DNA from: an uncultured Eubacteriales bacterium
GTDB lineage: Bacteria > Acidobacteriota > Aminicenantia > Aminicenantales > Aminicenantaceae
NCBI GenBank assembly: GCA_964611275.1
Contig: CAZSZS010000040.1
Span: 2,992-66,991, forward strand
Reading direction: 5' to 3'
DNA length: 64,000 nt
In this document: positions 1-8,880 of the stretch, piece by piece
How the letters are laid out: each line of letters starts with the position of its first letter
Numbering within the stretch: the stretch's first letter is position 1
Made by a program: the position numbers and the translations under genes
The notes under the pieces: generated by a model
Told to the model about the DNA's origin: nothing
The model's input: only the letters and a program-made list of their open reading frames with translations
Databases searched by the model: none

Positions 1-1
1 C

Positions 2-1240
2 GTTCGGTTCCGGTTTGATGATTTGAGTTTTAGAAGAGAAACAGAGATCGAGGAGCGGTATATCGATCTCTCCTCCCCCGTCATTTTATCCGCTTTCAAC
101 ACTATGAACAAATACGCCGGGTATTTCCGGTTGGAGAATGGCGCGTTAAAGGAACTCATCTACGAGCCGGCGTCCTTCTCCGGTTCAAGATGGCGGAGCG
201 GGTTGATTCGATCAAAAAAATCAGATGCCCTCATCTTCATGATGGGGGATTACCGGAACTTCCCCGAGGCGTATCTGAGCCGTACCGATTTCTCGGAACG
301 AAAAAAAATCACGACCACCAATCCGCAGCAGGACCAGTATAAGTGGGGGCGCCGTATCCTGATCGATTACACCAACGACGACGGAGTCCCGCTGCAGGGG
401 GTGCTGAGTATTCCTGATGGTTATCAAAAGGGACGGAAACTCCCGATGATTGTGTATTCCTACGAAAAAATGTCACAAACCCTGTACAATTACGCCGCCC
501 CACGACTGTCGGGTTCCAGCATCTGTGAGATGATGTATGTTTCCGACGGTTATCTTGTCCTTCGCCCTGATATTCATTTTAATGTCGGGACACCTCACTC
601 GGATATGCACAAGTGCATTGACGCCGCCATCGAGAAGGTCATGGAACTGGGATATGTGGATGAAAAACGCATCGGATATGAGGGATTCAGCTTTGGAGGC
701 CACTGCGGTATGTTTATTTCGACCCAGGATAATAAGTTTGCTGCCATCGCCGCGGGGGCGGGGGTCAGCAACTTGGTTCAGGGATTCAACATTGATATTG
801 TAGGGGACGGCAGCAATGAACAGGATTACTACATGACCGGACAGGGACGACTGGCAAACGATCCCGTCAGCGACACCGGGATGTTCCTCTCGGAATCCGC
901 GGTTTTTAACGCCGGAAACATGAATACACCGCTGCTGCTGTTTCACGGGAGCGTGGACACCGTCGTGCAGTGGGAACATTCCTTTGGTTTCTACAGCATC
1001 CTGCGTTATCTGAAAAAGCCGGTCGTCTTTTTGTCCTATCGCGGCGAGGGCCATGGCCTGAGAAAAAAGAGCAACCGCCTGGATATCCAGAAACGGTTGA
1101 AGGAATATTTCGACCACTATCTGAAGGGCCGGGATGCTGGAAAATGGATAACCGACGGACTGCCTTATTCGCTGAAAAAGAAATCAGATAAAAATGGCGA
1201 CAAAGACAAAGACAGGCCGAAACTCCCGGTGTGGAAATAG
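2..1240 (+). CDS. S9 family serine peptidase (prolyl oligopeptidase / acylaminoacyl-peptidase type), C-terminal part; 5' end lies outside the window
   Basis: The frame stays open from nt 2 to the TTG at 23 with no stop. Alpha/beta-hydrolase triad in S9 order: nucleophile elbow GFSFGGH, Asp in FHGSVDTVV, His in GEGHGL. Confidence 0.8.
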   Translation, partial: VRFRFDDLSFRRETEIEERYIDLSSPVILSAFNTMNKYAGYFRLENGALKELIYEPASFSGSRWRSGLIRSKKSDALIFMMGDYRNFPEAYLSRTDFSERKKITTTNPQQDQYKWGRRILIDYTNDDGVPLQGVLSIPDGYQKGRKLPMIVYSYEKMSQTLYNYAAPRLSGSSICEMMYVSDGYLVLRPDIHFNVGTPHSDMHKCIDAAIEKVMELGYVDEKRIGYEGFSFGGHCGMFISTQDNKFAAIAAGAGVSNLVQGFNIDIVGDGSNEQDYYMTGQGRLANDPVSDTGMFLSESAVFNAGNMNTPLLLFHGSVDTVVQWEHSFGFYSILRYLKKPVVFLSYRGEGHGLRKKSNRLDIQKRLKEYFDHYLKGRDAGKWITDGLPYSLKKKSDKNGDKDKDRPKLPVWK

Positions 1241-1287
1241 CCGCCTGATCCAACAATAACAGACGGGGACATCCTATAATTTTTTTC

Positions 1288-1316
1288 TTGACAAAGCTTT
1301 GCTTTGGGATTATCTT
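1288..1316 (+). promoter_or_regulatory. Candidate sigma70-type promoter of lexA, with a 10-bp palindrome CAAAGCTTTG (1292-1301) overlapping the -35/spacer
   Basis: TTGACA (1288-1293), a 17-nt spacer, then TATCTT (1311-1316), about 20 nt upstream of the lexA ATG. The palindrome sits where a repressor operator would. Confidence 0.35.
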
Positions 1317-1336
1317 ATCTAATACAGGTGAACAAA

Positions 1337-1951
1337 ATGGTGAACAGACAAAGGCTGGAATTGACCGAAAGGCAAAAAAAGGTTCTGCAGGCAGTGGAGG
1401 ATTTCATCCGGAAGCACGGCTATGCGCCTACCATACGGCGGCTGGCCGGGATACTCGGCATTCAAAGCCCCTCCGCCGTGTTCAAGCATATCTCCAGTAT
1501 AGAGAAAAAGGGTTATCTGAGAAAAGAGGGAGGGGAGCTCAAGCTCGCGGGAGCCTCTTCTTTGGAGCCTCATGTCCAGGTGCCTTTGGTCGGCCTGGTC
1601 CCTGCCGGAGATCCCAGGGAGGTCTTTGACAGCAGGGAAGAGGCCGTGGATGTTCCCGAGTGGATGCTGGGGCGCAAGAAGGGAAATGTTTTCTGTGTTC
1701 TTGTCGAAGGGAAAAGCATGGTGGATGCTTATATAGACGACGGGGACAGGGTTCTTTTGGAGAGGACCCATACGGCTCATTCAGGAGAGATGGTGGTGGC
1801 CTTTCTCGATGACGGTTCCATAACGTTAAAGAGACTAAAGATCGATAACGGGAATATTTTTCTGGTCCCTGAGAATCCTGAGTTCAAACCCATACAGGTC
1901 TCAGAACTGAAAATAATCGGGCGGGTTATCGGAGTCCTGCGGAAGTACTGA
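1337..1951 (+). CDS. lexA: LexA repressor (S24 self-cleaving peptidase)
   Basis: N-terminal winged helix (GYAPTIRRLAGILGIQSPSAVFKHI). Ala-Gly cleavage site in VPLVGLVPAGDP. Ser-Lys dyad motifs GKSMVD and LKRL. ATG at 1337 is preceded by AGGTGA; the ORF-track TTG at 1304 is less likely. Confidence 0.93.
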   Translation: MVNRQRLELTERQKKVLQAVEDFIRKHGYAPTIRRLAGILGIQSPSAVFKHISSIEKKGYLRKEGGELKLAGASSLEPHVQVPLVGLVPAGDPREVFDSREEAVDVPEWMLGRKKGNVFCVLVEGKSMVDAYIDDGDRVLLERTHTAHSGEMVVAFLDDGSITLKRLKIDNGNIFLVPENPEFKPIQVSELKIIGRVIGVLRKY

Positions 1952-1997
1952 CCCGGTCGGCCCGGCTTTCCGAGTTTAAAAATAAGGAGCGATAGAA

Positions 1998-3221
1998 TTG
2001 AGAAGACGGTGTATTGTCCATATTGATATTGATGCTTTCTTTGCCTCTGTGGAAAAGCTTCTGGACCCCTCTCTTGAGGGAAAACCTGTTATCGTGGGCG
2101 GACTTCCTCATGAAAGAGGCGTTGCGTCCACAGCTTCCTATGAGGCCAGAAAGTACGGGGTGCATTCGGGCATGCCGCTGCAAAAGGCTTATCAGCTCTG
2201 CCCTAACGGCATATTTATAAGGGGCGACCACCGGGTCTATACGGCTTTTTCCAGGAATTTCCGTCGGATCCTTTCGCGGTACACTCCGGATATGGAGATG
2301 GCTTCCCTGGATGAGGCTTATCTGGACCTCAGCCGCTGTGGCGCGCTTTATTCCTCATTCTCAAGAACGGTCGCTCAGATAAAGCAGACCGTGGAGAAAA
2401 AATTAAGACTCTCTGTGTCCGTGGGCGTAGGGCCTAACAAGACTATAGCCAAGCTGGCAACCAACAGAGCCAAACCCGGGGGGCTGGTGGAAGTAAAACC
2501 GGGCTGCGAGGAGTCCTTTCTTAAGGAGCTTCCCATAGAGGCTCTTCCGGGAATCGGCTTCAAAGCCCGGGCTGAACTTGATATGCTCAACATACGGAAG
2601 ATCAAAGACCTCTGGGGGCTGCCCAGGGAGGCTCTGAGGACACTTTTCGGATTAAGGGGAGAGGAGATCCGTCTTCAATCCCATGGTATTGACGACCGGC
2701 CTCTGGAGTCATCCGGAGAGCAGAAATCGATTTCGCGTGAGACCACATTTCTCAAGGATATATGGGAGAGGCGGCTCCTTCTGGCTCACCTGGCCTATCT
2801 TTGTGACCGTTTGAGTTTGGCTCTGAGAAAAGACCGTTGCTTCAGCCATATCATAGAGGTCAAGGTCAGGTGGTCTGATTTCAAGACCGAAGTCCGCCGC
2901 AGGCTTCTGGTGAATCCGGTCCAGGAAATGGATGATATCTACCGGATAGCCCGGGAGCTGTTTTTAGAGCTTTTTAAGGGAGCTCGTTTGTCACTCCGTC
3001 TGGTGGGAGTCAAGTCTTCTGACCTGGTCAGAAGCCGGACCCTTTCGCTTTTTGAGCCTCACTCTCTCCATAAAGAACGTCTGGGCACGGCTGTTTTCGA
3101 AGTGAGAGAGAAATACGGGTTTGGCTCCCTTCTTACCGCCAGGGAGAAGATGCTGGACGATGTGTACGGCTTCACAAAGAAGCGCGGTTTTATACTGAAA
3201 ACAGCTTCTCTCACCAAATAG
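1998..3221 (+). CDS. dinB: Y-family DNA polymerase IV (DinB-type), catalytic residues intact
   Basis: N-terminus IVHIDIDAFFASVE and SLDEAYLD (catalytic Asp/Glu), LPGIG helix-hairpin-helix. TTG start follows AAGGAG (1984-1989). Confidence 0.9.
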   Translation: MRRRCIVHIDIDAFFASVEKLLDPSLEGKPVIVGGLPHERGVASTASYEARKYGVHSGMPLQKAYQLCPNGIFIRGDHRVYTAFSRNFRRILSRYTPDMEMASLDEAYLDLSRCGALYSSFSRTVAQIKQTVEKKLRLSVSVGVGPNKTIAKLATNRAKPGGLVEVKPGCEESFLKELPIEALPGIGFKARAELDMLNIRKIKDLWGLPREALRTLFGLRGEEIRLQSHGIDDRPLESSGEQKSISRETTFLKDIWERRLLLAHLAYLCDRLSLALRKDRCFSHIIEVKVRWSDFKTEVRRRLLVNPVQEMDDIYRIARELFLELFKGARLSLRLVGVKSSDLVRSRTLSLFEPHSLHKERLGTAVFEVREKYGFGSLLTAREKMLDDVYGFTKKRGFILKTASLTK

Positions 3222-3283
3222 CCTCTGGCTTTTGTCATTTTTAACGGAACAGGTCATGGTTTTTGGAGGTCAATGAGAAAGTG

Positions 3284-6088
3284 ATGTTTGTTCCCCTGCG
3301 GGTTCACTCCGTGTACAGCAAAGGCAAAGGGAGTGTGCTTCCGGATGAGCTGGCTTTCTGGGCAAAAGACAGGGGAATGGCTGCGGCATGTCTTTCAGAT
3401 AGGGAGGTTTTTTACGCATGGGGACGCTGGAAGGAAGCAGCCCGCAGAAACAAAATAGTCCCTTTGTACGGCTGTGAATTGACCGTCCAAAAGAGAAAGC
3501 TTCTGTTTGTGGTTAAAAACCGGACCGGATACTGGAACCTGATGGAGATCTTTAACAGCAGGGAGATAAAACAGGTCCGGGGTCTTGTGGTGGTCTATAT
3601 CCCCCAGGCGGGGGAGAGTGAGTTTCCGGAGGGGCTCAAAGCCGCGGCTGGTCCGGATTTCTACCTGGGAGCGGATTTTCAAAACTTTGAAAAGGTAGTG
3701 CACTGGGCCGGGGTGTACTCTCTGCCCGGGGTTTGGGCCAATCCCCTGAAGTTTATTGGAAATCCGAAAAGGCTTATCCTTACTCACTCTATCCATGAAA
3801 AACGGCCTTTCCCTCCGGAATGGACAAAATGGAAGTCCCGGATGAAGTTTTTCGGCCCGCTCCAGCAGGAATTGGCACTGAAAAAGTTTGGCAGCAAAGT
3901 CAGTGAGTTTTTTAGAAGGACTCTTGAAGTGGCTGAAAAGTGCTCTTTCACTCTGGAAAACATCGTTCCCGGACTGCCTGAAGGCCTTTTCCCAGAGTCG
4001 TTCAGGGATATGGTCATGAAAACAATGCAGCAGAAGAAATCCCTGAGCTGGAGAGAGAGGCAGCGGGCGCGGATAGAGCTGCAGGCGGTTGAAAAAACAG
4101 GATTCGGTCCTTATTTCCAGGTGGTCCATGATGTGGTGCGTTTTGCACGGCGGGAGGGGATCCTTTATAATCTCAAAGGCTCCGGGGCCTCTTCTTTTCT
4201 GGCCTATCTTCTGGGGATCTCCCATATCAATCCGGTTGATTTTGACCTTTATTTTGCCCGGTTTTTAAACCAGGGCCGGAAGGACCCTCCGGATTTTGAC
4301 CTGGACTTTGATTCCAGATACAGAGACCGGGTGCTGGAGTATGTTCTGGAGAATTACGGAAAGGGAAAAACTGGGGCGGCTTTTGTGTGCAGCCTCAAAA
4401 ACTACCGGGCCCGTTCCGCTGTTTATGAAACGGCGCGGGCATTTGGCCTGCCTCCGGCAGAGTCGAGGGCGCTCAGCAAGAAGGTCCCCTATTTTGTGGA
4501 GCCTGATTATCTGAAAAAGCATCACCCTCCGCCCGGCTGTAAGGAGATCTGGAGGGCTGCCTCGGAATTGACTTCGGTCTACGGTGAAAGTTCTCTTCAT
4601 GTGGGAGGTGTTCTTTTGACACCCCCGCCGGTCAGCCGGTATCTTCCTCTGGAAAAATCAGCAAAAGGCCTCATCATGTGTCATTTTGACCGGGATGCGG
4701 TGGAAGATTTGAAGCTCATTAAGCTGGACCTTCTTTCCGTACGAGGGCTGGCCGCGATTTCCGGGACGAAAAATGAGCTGAACATAAAGGATATTCCATG
4801 GAATGACAAAAAGAGCTTTCTCCTTCTCTCCCGCGCACAGACCATAGGATGCTTTCAGGTCGAGAGTCCGGCCATGATGAATCTGCTTTCCCGAATGAAG
4901 CCGGATGATATCTACGGGCTGACCCAGGCTTTAGCGTTGATCCGGCCGGGGCCGACGCAAAGCGGGACAAAAAAGGCCGTGCTCCAGGCGCGTGAGGGCA
5001 GGTCATCTGCCAATGACCCGTTTTTCTCCGGAATCATTCCTGAGACCGGAGGGCTTCTCCTTTATGAAGAGCAGGTCATGCAGGTGGCTGAGAGAGTCGC
5101 CGGCATGAGTTCAGAAGAGGGAGACACACTGCGCAGGGAACTGAAAAAGAAATCGCCCTGTCCCGCCTTGAAAGATAAGTTTTTTCAAGGAGCGCAAAAG
5201 CGAGGATACACACGCACCGAGATAACAAAGATATGGAATCATATGGAGCAATTTTCTTCCTACTCTTTTAATAAAGCTCATAGTGCCTCCTATGCGTGCA
5301 TGGCTTATCAGTCCGTTTATTTAAAAGCCCATCATCCTCTGCCGTATCTCAAAGCTGTTTTGAATGCCGGCGGAGGTTATTACAGCCTCCCGGTCTATAT
5401 AGAGGAAGCCAAAAGGCTTGGGATCAAGGTTCTGCCCCCGGATGTCGCACACAGTGATTATGACTTCGAAGAGGAGGGCTCCTGCATAAGGGTGGGGCTT
5501 TTGTCCATAAAGCGCCTTAAGACCAGCACGGCCAAAAAGATAATAGAAGAACGCCGAAAAGGCCCTTACCGCTCTCTGGATGATTTTCTTGCCAGGGTTT
5601 CTGTGACCAGGGCGGAGCTTTTCTCTCTGGTCAAGTCAGGGGCTTTGGACCCGTTGGAGCCCCGAAGGGCAGAGCAGGTCCTGAATGGTTATAAAGGCAG
5701 CGGAGGAACAGAAAAGATTCCCGAGATGGAAAAGGCACGGAAAGAGAAGATGCTGATTGACTCTCTGGGGTTTGATCCCACAGGAGATGCTCTCAATCTT
5801 TTTAACGCGAAAAGGCCGGCTCTGCGGATCAAAGACCTGGAATACAGGGCCGGACAGATCGTGGAGCTTATGGTCCGGGTTATGGACGCGCGCAGGAAAA
5901 AGGTCAGGCAGGGGGAAACGTATTTCTTTCTTTTTTCAGACGAAACAGGCATGATCGAAGGAGCAGGCACAAAGAAATGTGTTCCTTTTGGTTCGCCGCC
6001 GGCCTGTTATGTGCGGGGCAGGATCCGCAGGAGCGAGAACGGGCGCGTCAAGATTTTCAACTGTGCTTTTCTCTCTTTGCACGAGTGA
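3284..6088 (+). CDS. dnaE2: Error-prone DNA polymerase III alpha-like subunit (DnaE2-type, short form)
   Basis: Pol III alpha core motifs: PDFDLDF, IRPGP, FNKAHSASYA. C-terminal OB-fold-like region. About 935 aa is too short for replicative DnaE. The PHP N-terminus is degenerate (PLRVHSVYS). Start is uncertain (ATG 3284, GTG 3281 or TTG 3263). Confidence 0.8.
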   Translation: MFVPLRVHSVYSKGKGSVLPDELAFWAKDRGMAAACLSDREVFYAWGRWKEAARRNKIVPLYGCELTVQKRKLLFVVKNRTGYWNLMEIFNSREIKQVRGLVVVYIPQAGESEFPEGLKAAAGPDFYLGADFQNFEKVVHWAGVYSLPGVWANPLKFIGNPKRLILTHSIHEKRPFPPEWTKWKSRMKFFGPLQQELALKKFGSKVSEFFRRTLEVAEKCSFTLENIVPGLPEGLFPESFRDMVMKTMQQKKSLSWRERQRARIELQAVEKTGFGPYFQVVHDVVRFARREGILYNLKGSGASSFLAYLLGISHINPVDFDLYFARFLNQGRKDPPDFDLDFDSRYRDRVLEYVLENYGKGKTGAAFVCSLKNYRARSAVYETARAFGLPPAESRALSKKVPYFVEPDYLKKHHPPPGCKEIWRAASELTSVYGESSLHVGGVLLTPPPVSRYLPLEKSAKGLIMCHFDRDAVEDLKLIKLDLLSVRGLAAISGTKNELNIKDIPWNDKKSFLLLSRAQTIGCFQVESPAMMNLLSRMKPDDIYGLTQALALIRPGPTQSGTKKAVLQAREGRSSANDPFFSGIIPETGGLLLYEEQVMQVAERVAGMSSEEGDTLRRELKKKSPCPALKDKFFQGAQKRGYTRTEITKIWNHMEQFSSYSFNKAHSASYACMAYQSVYLKAHHPLPYLKAVLNAGGGYYSLPVYIEEAKRLGIKVLPPDVAHSDYDFEEEGSCIRVGLLSIKRLKTSTAKKIIEERRKGPYRSLDDFLARVSVTRAELFSLVKSGALDPLEPRRAEQVLNGYKGSGGTEKIPEMEKARKEKMLIDSLGFDPTGDALNLFNAKRPALRIKDLEYRAGQIVELMVRVMDARRKKVRQGETYFFLFSDETGMIEGAGTKKCVPFGSPPACYVRGRIRRSENGRVKIFNCAFLSLHE

Positions 6089-6156
6089 TCTGGATCATTC
6101 CGGTCCTTTATTTTTTGCCTGTACCTTGTGTGGTTTTATTGGGATTCACTCCCGCT

Positions 6157-7803
6157 CTATTTTTCGGAGAACACAATGGCTACTGTTTTCCAGACCTTGA
6201 CTCTCACTCCGTTCTTGACAGCTGGTTTGTATTTCCACTTCTTTATGGTTCTTTCTGTATTTTCGTTAAGACCGTATGAATTCTCGATCCCCTGGACTAT
6301 TCTGGTCTCAATCACATCCCCTGTTTCAGAAACCAAAATGACCAGCACCACTTTACCGCTCACTTTGTATTTTAATGCAGCAGGAGTGTATTCCGGCTCG
6401 ACTCTTTTGACGAGCTCCGGCGGGCTGTCCACTTCATTCAAAGCAATGATATCCCCTGTTTCGATTTTTTTCTCAGGTGCAGGTTCGGGTGTTTCCGCAG
6501 GTTCTTGATCCTCGGTCTTTTGTTCCTCTTTGTTGGGTCTGGATTCCGGTAGGACATGATCTATAAGTTCTTCGATTTTGGGCTGAGGAATCTGTTTGAA
6601 ATCCGGAGGAGGCAGCGGGGTGATGCTCTCCTCCTGGCTTTCCCGGATGGTGTCTGCGGTTTTTGCCGGAGCTTCCACCACATCTTGATTTTGTTCTTCA
6701 GATGGCAAGGATTCCGGGGGAGAGGCAGGCCGCTCTGAAGCGATTTGGGTTTTTCTCTCAGCCTCTTCTCCTGGATCTTGTGGCCCGGCTGGATACTCTT
6801 CCGAGATGGTTATAGGTGTATCGACAGAGGCAGCATCTTCTATCTCCGGGTCGATTTGTTCTGCTGCAGCGGACTTATAAAATTGTTGAGAGGCTTCCTG
6901 TTTTTTATGGGAATTTTTAGGAAGAGCTACTAACAGAATAAGAGTCAATCCCAGAATGACAGAGCCAGATGCAAACAGTATCCACCTGGGTATCTTTTTT
7001 TTATTTTCTTCAGCAGAATATTCATTAAAAAGGGAAGCTCTTCTGTATTTTTTTTCAGGATCTTTGTGTTTCTTTTCTTCTTCTTTCCGGCTTTCCTGAA
7101 TTGTTTTCCCTTCTTTTTTTTCTTCCTTTATTTCTTCCTCTTGAAGAGGCGGTTTAACCGGAGCTTTCTGTTTGTTTGCGGGGTGGGCGAATTCAGCCAG
7201 TTTGCTTTTGAGGATCTCATCTATCTCTCTGCTTTTATCACTTGTGAGGTTTGTTGGCTGTGCTTTATCTCTCTTTTTAGCTAAATATTCCTCATACAGA
7301 CTATCAATCTCTTTCTCTCCGTTTAGTTTATTTTGTCTTTCCTGAGGTGAGGAACTCGCGGCTTTTTTCTCGGTTTCTTTCTTTTCCAGAAAAGCCTCTG
7401 AAGCTCTTTTATCTCTGGGTGACATTTCTGTGTCTATATTTAATAATTCAGATACCTTTGATATCATCTCCTTTTCTTTGTACGGTTTGGTAATGAAAGC
7501 GGAATTATTGAAATATTTAAGAACATAGCTCTGACAGGCTGCTTCAGAATAAAAATTAGTCATCATGAGAAGATTTATCTGTATGGTAAATGATTCGGAG
7601 ATTTCTTCAAGAAGGTCAAATCCATGGAGCTTTGACAGGAAGGGTTCCATGATAATAAGGTCAGGCTTTTCCTCATAGAATTGGGATTTGCCTTCCAGGC
7701 CGTCTTTGGCTGCTATCACCTGGTATCCCTGCTCTTGCAGAAGATTCTTGAGAGAGGATAAGGATGTCCTGTTGTAATCAATGATGAGTATCTTTTTTTG
7801 CAT
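6157..7803 (-). CDS. Atypical receiver domain - TM - Pro/Glu-rich spacer - TonB C-terminal domain fusion protein
   Basis: N-terminal CheY-like fold (KKILIIDYN...DLIIMEPFL...LLMMTN...ITKPY). Lys/Glu low-complexity stretch, then TM helix IPRWILFASGSVILGLTLILLVALP. C-terminal TonB_C-like YTPAALKYKVSGKVVLVILVSETGDVIETRIVQG...KYKPAVKNG. Start set at ATG 7803 (MQKKILIID); the ORF is open up to 7866. Confidence 0.75.
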   Translation of the reverse strand: MQKKILIIDYNRTSLSSLKNLLQEQGYQVIAAKDGLEGKSQFYEEKPDLIIMEPFLSKLHGFDLLEEISESFTIQINLLMMTNFYSEAACQSYVLKYFNNSAFITKPYKEKEMISKVSELLNIDTEMSPRDKRASEAFLEKKETEKKAASSSPQERQNKLNGEKEIDSLYEEYLAKKRDKAQPTNLTSDKSREIDEILKSKLAEFAHPANKQKAPVKPPLQEEEIKEEKKEGKTIQESRKEEEKKHKDPEKKYRRASLFNEYSAEENKKKIPRWILFASGSVILGLTLILLVALPKNSHKKQEASQQFYKSAAAEQIDPEIEDAASVDTPITISEEYPAGPQDPGEEAERKTQIASERPASPPESLPSEEQNQDVVEAPAKTADTIRESQEESITPLPPPDFKQIPQPKIEELIDHVLPESRPNKEEQKTEDQEPAETPEPAPEKKIETGDIIALNEVDSPPELVKRVEPEYTPAALKYKVSGKVVLVILVSETGDVIETRIVQGIENSYGLNENTERTIKKWKYKPAVKNGVRVKVWKTVAIVFSEK

Positions 7804-7968
7804 CCCGCTGCCAAACATCTTTTGAATGAACATATATAAATTACGTCTTTGAAAGAAACCGGTCAATCACCTTTAGGGGTGATTTAAGAGGTGAGATTGT
7901 TAATCTGCAGCAACCTTGACTCGTTCATCACCCGGGTTGGCCTGCAGTGGATTAAACTTTCTAATGTC

Positions 7969-8880
7969 TTAATCTTTACCAAACAAATCGCTCTGGCCTT
8001 TAGCAATATCTTTGATGACCTTTTTGAGCTCAGGATAGGTTTCGACCAGCTCTCTGGGCACATCCAATTTTTGGTTCGTCAGTTTGTTTTTTATCTGTAT
8101 GGCATTTGTCAGGGCCTGTCCCCTGTAGTGATTGTTGGTCACCACAAAGGTCTTTTTGGATTTTCCGCCCAGGTTTTTTATGCGGTTGATCCACTGATTG
8201 AGCTCTTCGTCAGGGTAAAGATAATCATAACGCGCATCCCTACCTGCATTTTTTCTGAACCAATTTTTATAGTTTCTGCCGTGAAGCCTCACATAGGTGA
8301 AATCAGGATTTGTGGCATAGGATGTGGGTTTGATTGATGACCGGAACACAGGCTGGTCGATGTTGCAGAAAGCCACTTTATGATCGGAGAGGAATTTTAG
8401 AAACTCGGGATTATCCCAGGAACTGTGCCTTATTTCCAAAGCAAGAGGCAGTCCGGAAAACATGCGGAACAAACGTTCCAGATAAAGTTTGTTTTTGGTG
8501 GAAAGGGAGAAAGACCAGGGAAACTGCATGAGTACAGCGCCCAGGCGGTTGTTTGCTGAAAGCGGTTCGATCCCGAATCTGAACTCATCTGCTTGTTTTT
8601 GAGAGGGATTTTTATCTTGATGGGTAAAGTCTTGATGGAGCTTGACAGCAAACAGAAAGTCCGGATTTTGTTCGACTTTTTTAATCCAGGAAAGAGCAAA
8701 GTTGAACATGGGCATCCGGTAGAACGTGCTGTTGATTTCCATAAAATCAATATACTGGGATAAAAACCTCAAGGCATGAAAACCTGATGGCTTTTTTCTC
8801 GGGTAAACGATCCCTTCCCAGTCTTTATAGCTCCAGCCGGCCGTCCCCACATTGTATTGAGCCATAGCATTATCCATCAT
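7969..8880 (-). CDS. DUF72 (YecE-like) family protein
   Basis: The characteristic N-terminus GTAGWSYKDWEGIVYP and overall length match the DUF72/UPF0759 family. Confidence 0.8.
   Translation of the reverse strand: MMDNAMAQYNVGTAGWSYKDWEGIVYPRKKPSGFHALRFLSQYIDFMEINSTFYRMPMFNFALSWIKKVEQNPDFLFAVKLHQDFTHQDKNPSQKQADEFRFGIEPLSANNRLGAVLMQFPWSFSLSTKNKLYLERLFRMFSGLPLALEIRHSSWDNPEFLKFLSDHKVAFCNIDQPVFRSSIKPTSYATNPDFTYVRLHGRNYKNWFRKNAGRDARYDYLYPDEELNQWINRIKNLGGKSKKTFVVTNNHYRGQALTNAIQIKNKLTNQKLDVPRELVETYPELKKVIKDIAKGQSDLFGKD

Noticed and set aside
473-1117. Long antisense 'shadow' ORFs opposite confident genes: 473-1117, 3395-4225, 12988-13728, 29056-29664, 38495-39091, 42254-42739, 42913-43449, 50619-51161, 51641-52243, 54502-55239.
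   Set aside because: Each lies fully inside a strongly supported gene on the other strand. They have low-complexity or Ser/Arg/Pro/Gly-skewed composition, no RBS and no recognisable motifs. These are typical frame shadows.
1327-1346. GGTGAACA-N4-GGTGAACA taken as a firm alphaproteobacterial-type LexA box (GAAC-N7-GAAC).
   Set aside because: The spacing is N8, not N7. The first copy doubles as the SD (AGGTGA) and the second encodes Val-Asn of LexA, so coding and translation constraints may explain the repeat. It is kept only as a low-confidence hypothesis in the findings.
6900-7400. A/T-rich repetitive DNA (runs of T and CTT/TTC) as a possible noncoding repeat region.
   Set aside because: It is the reverse complement of the Lys/Glu-rich low-complexity linker of the receiver-TonB ORF. 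The reading frame is intact throughout.
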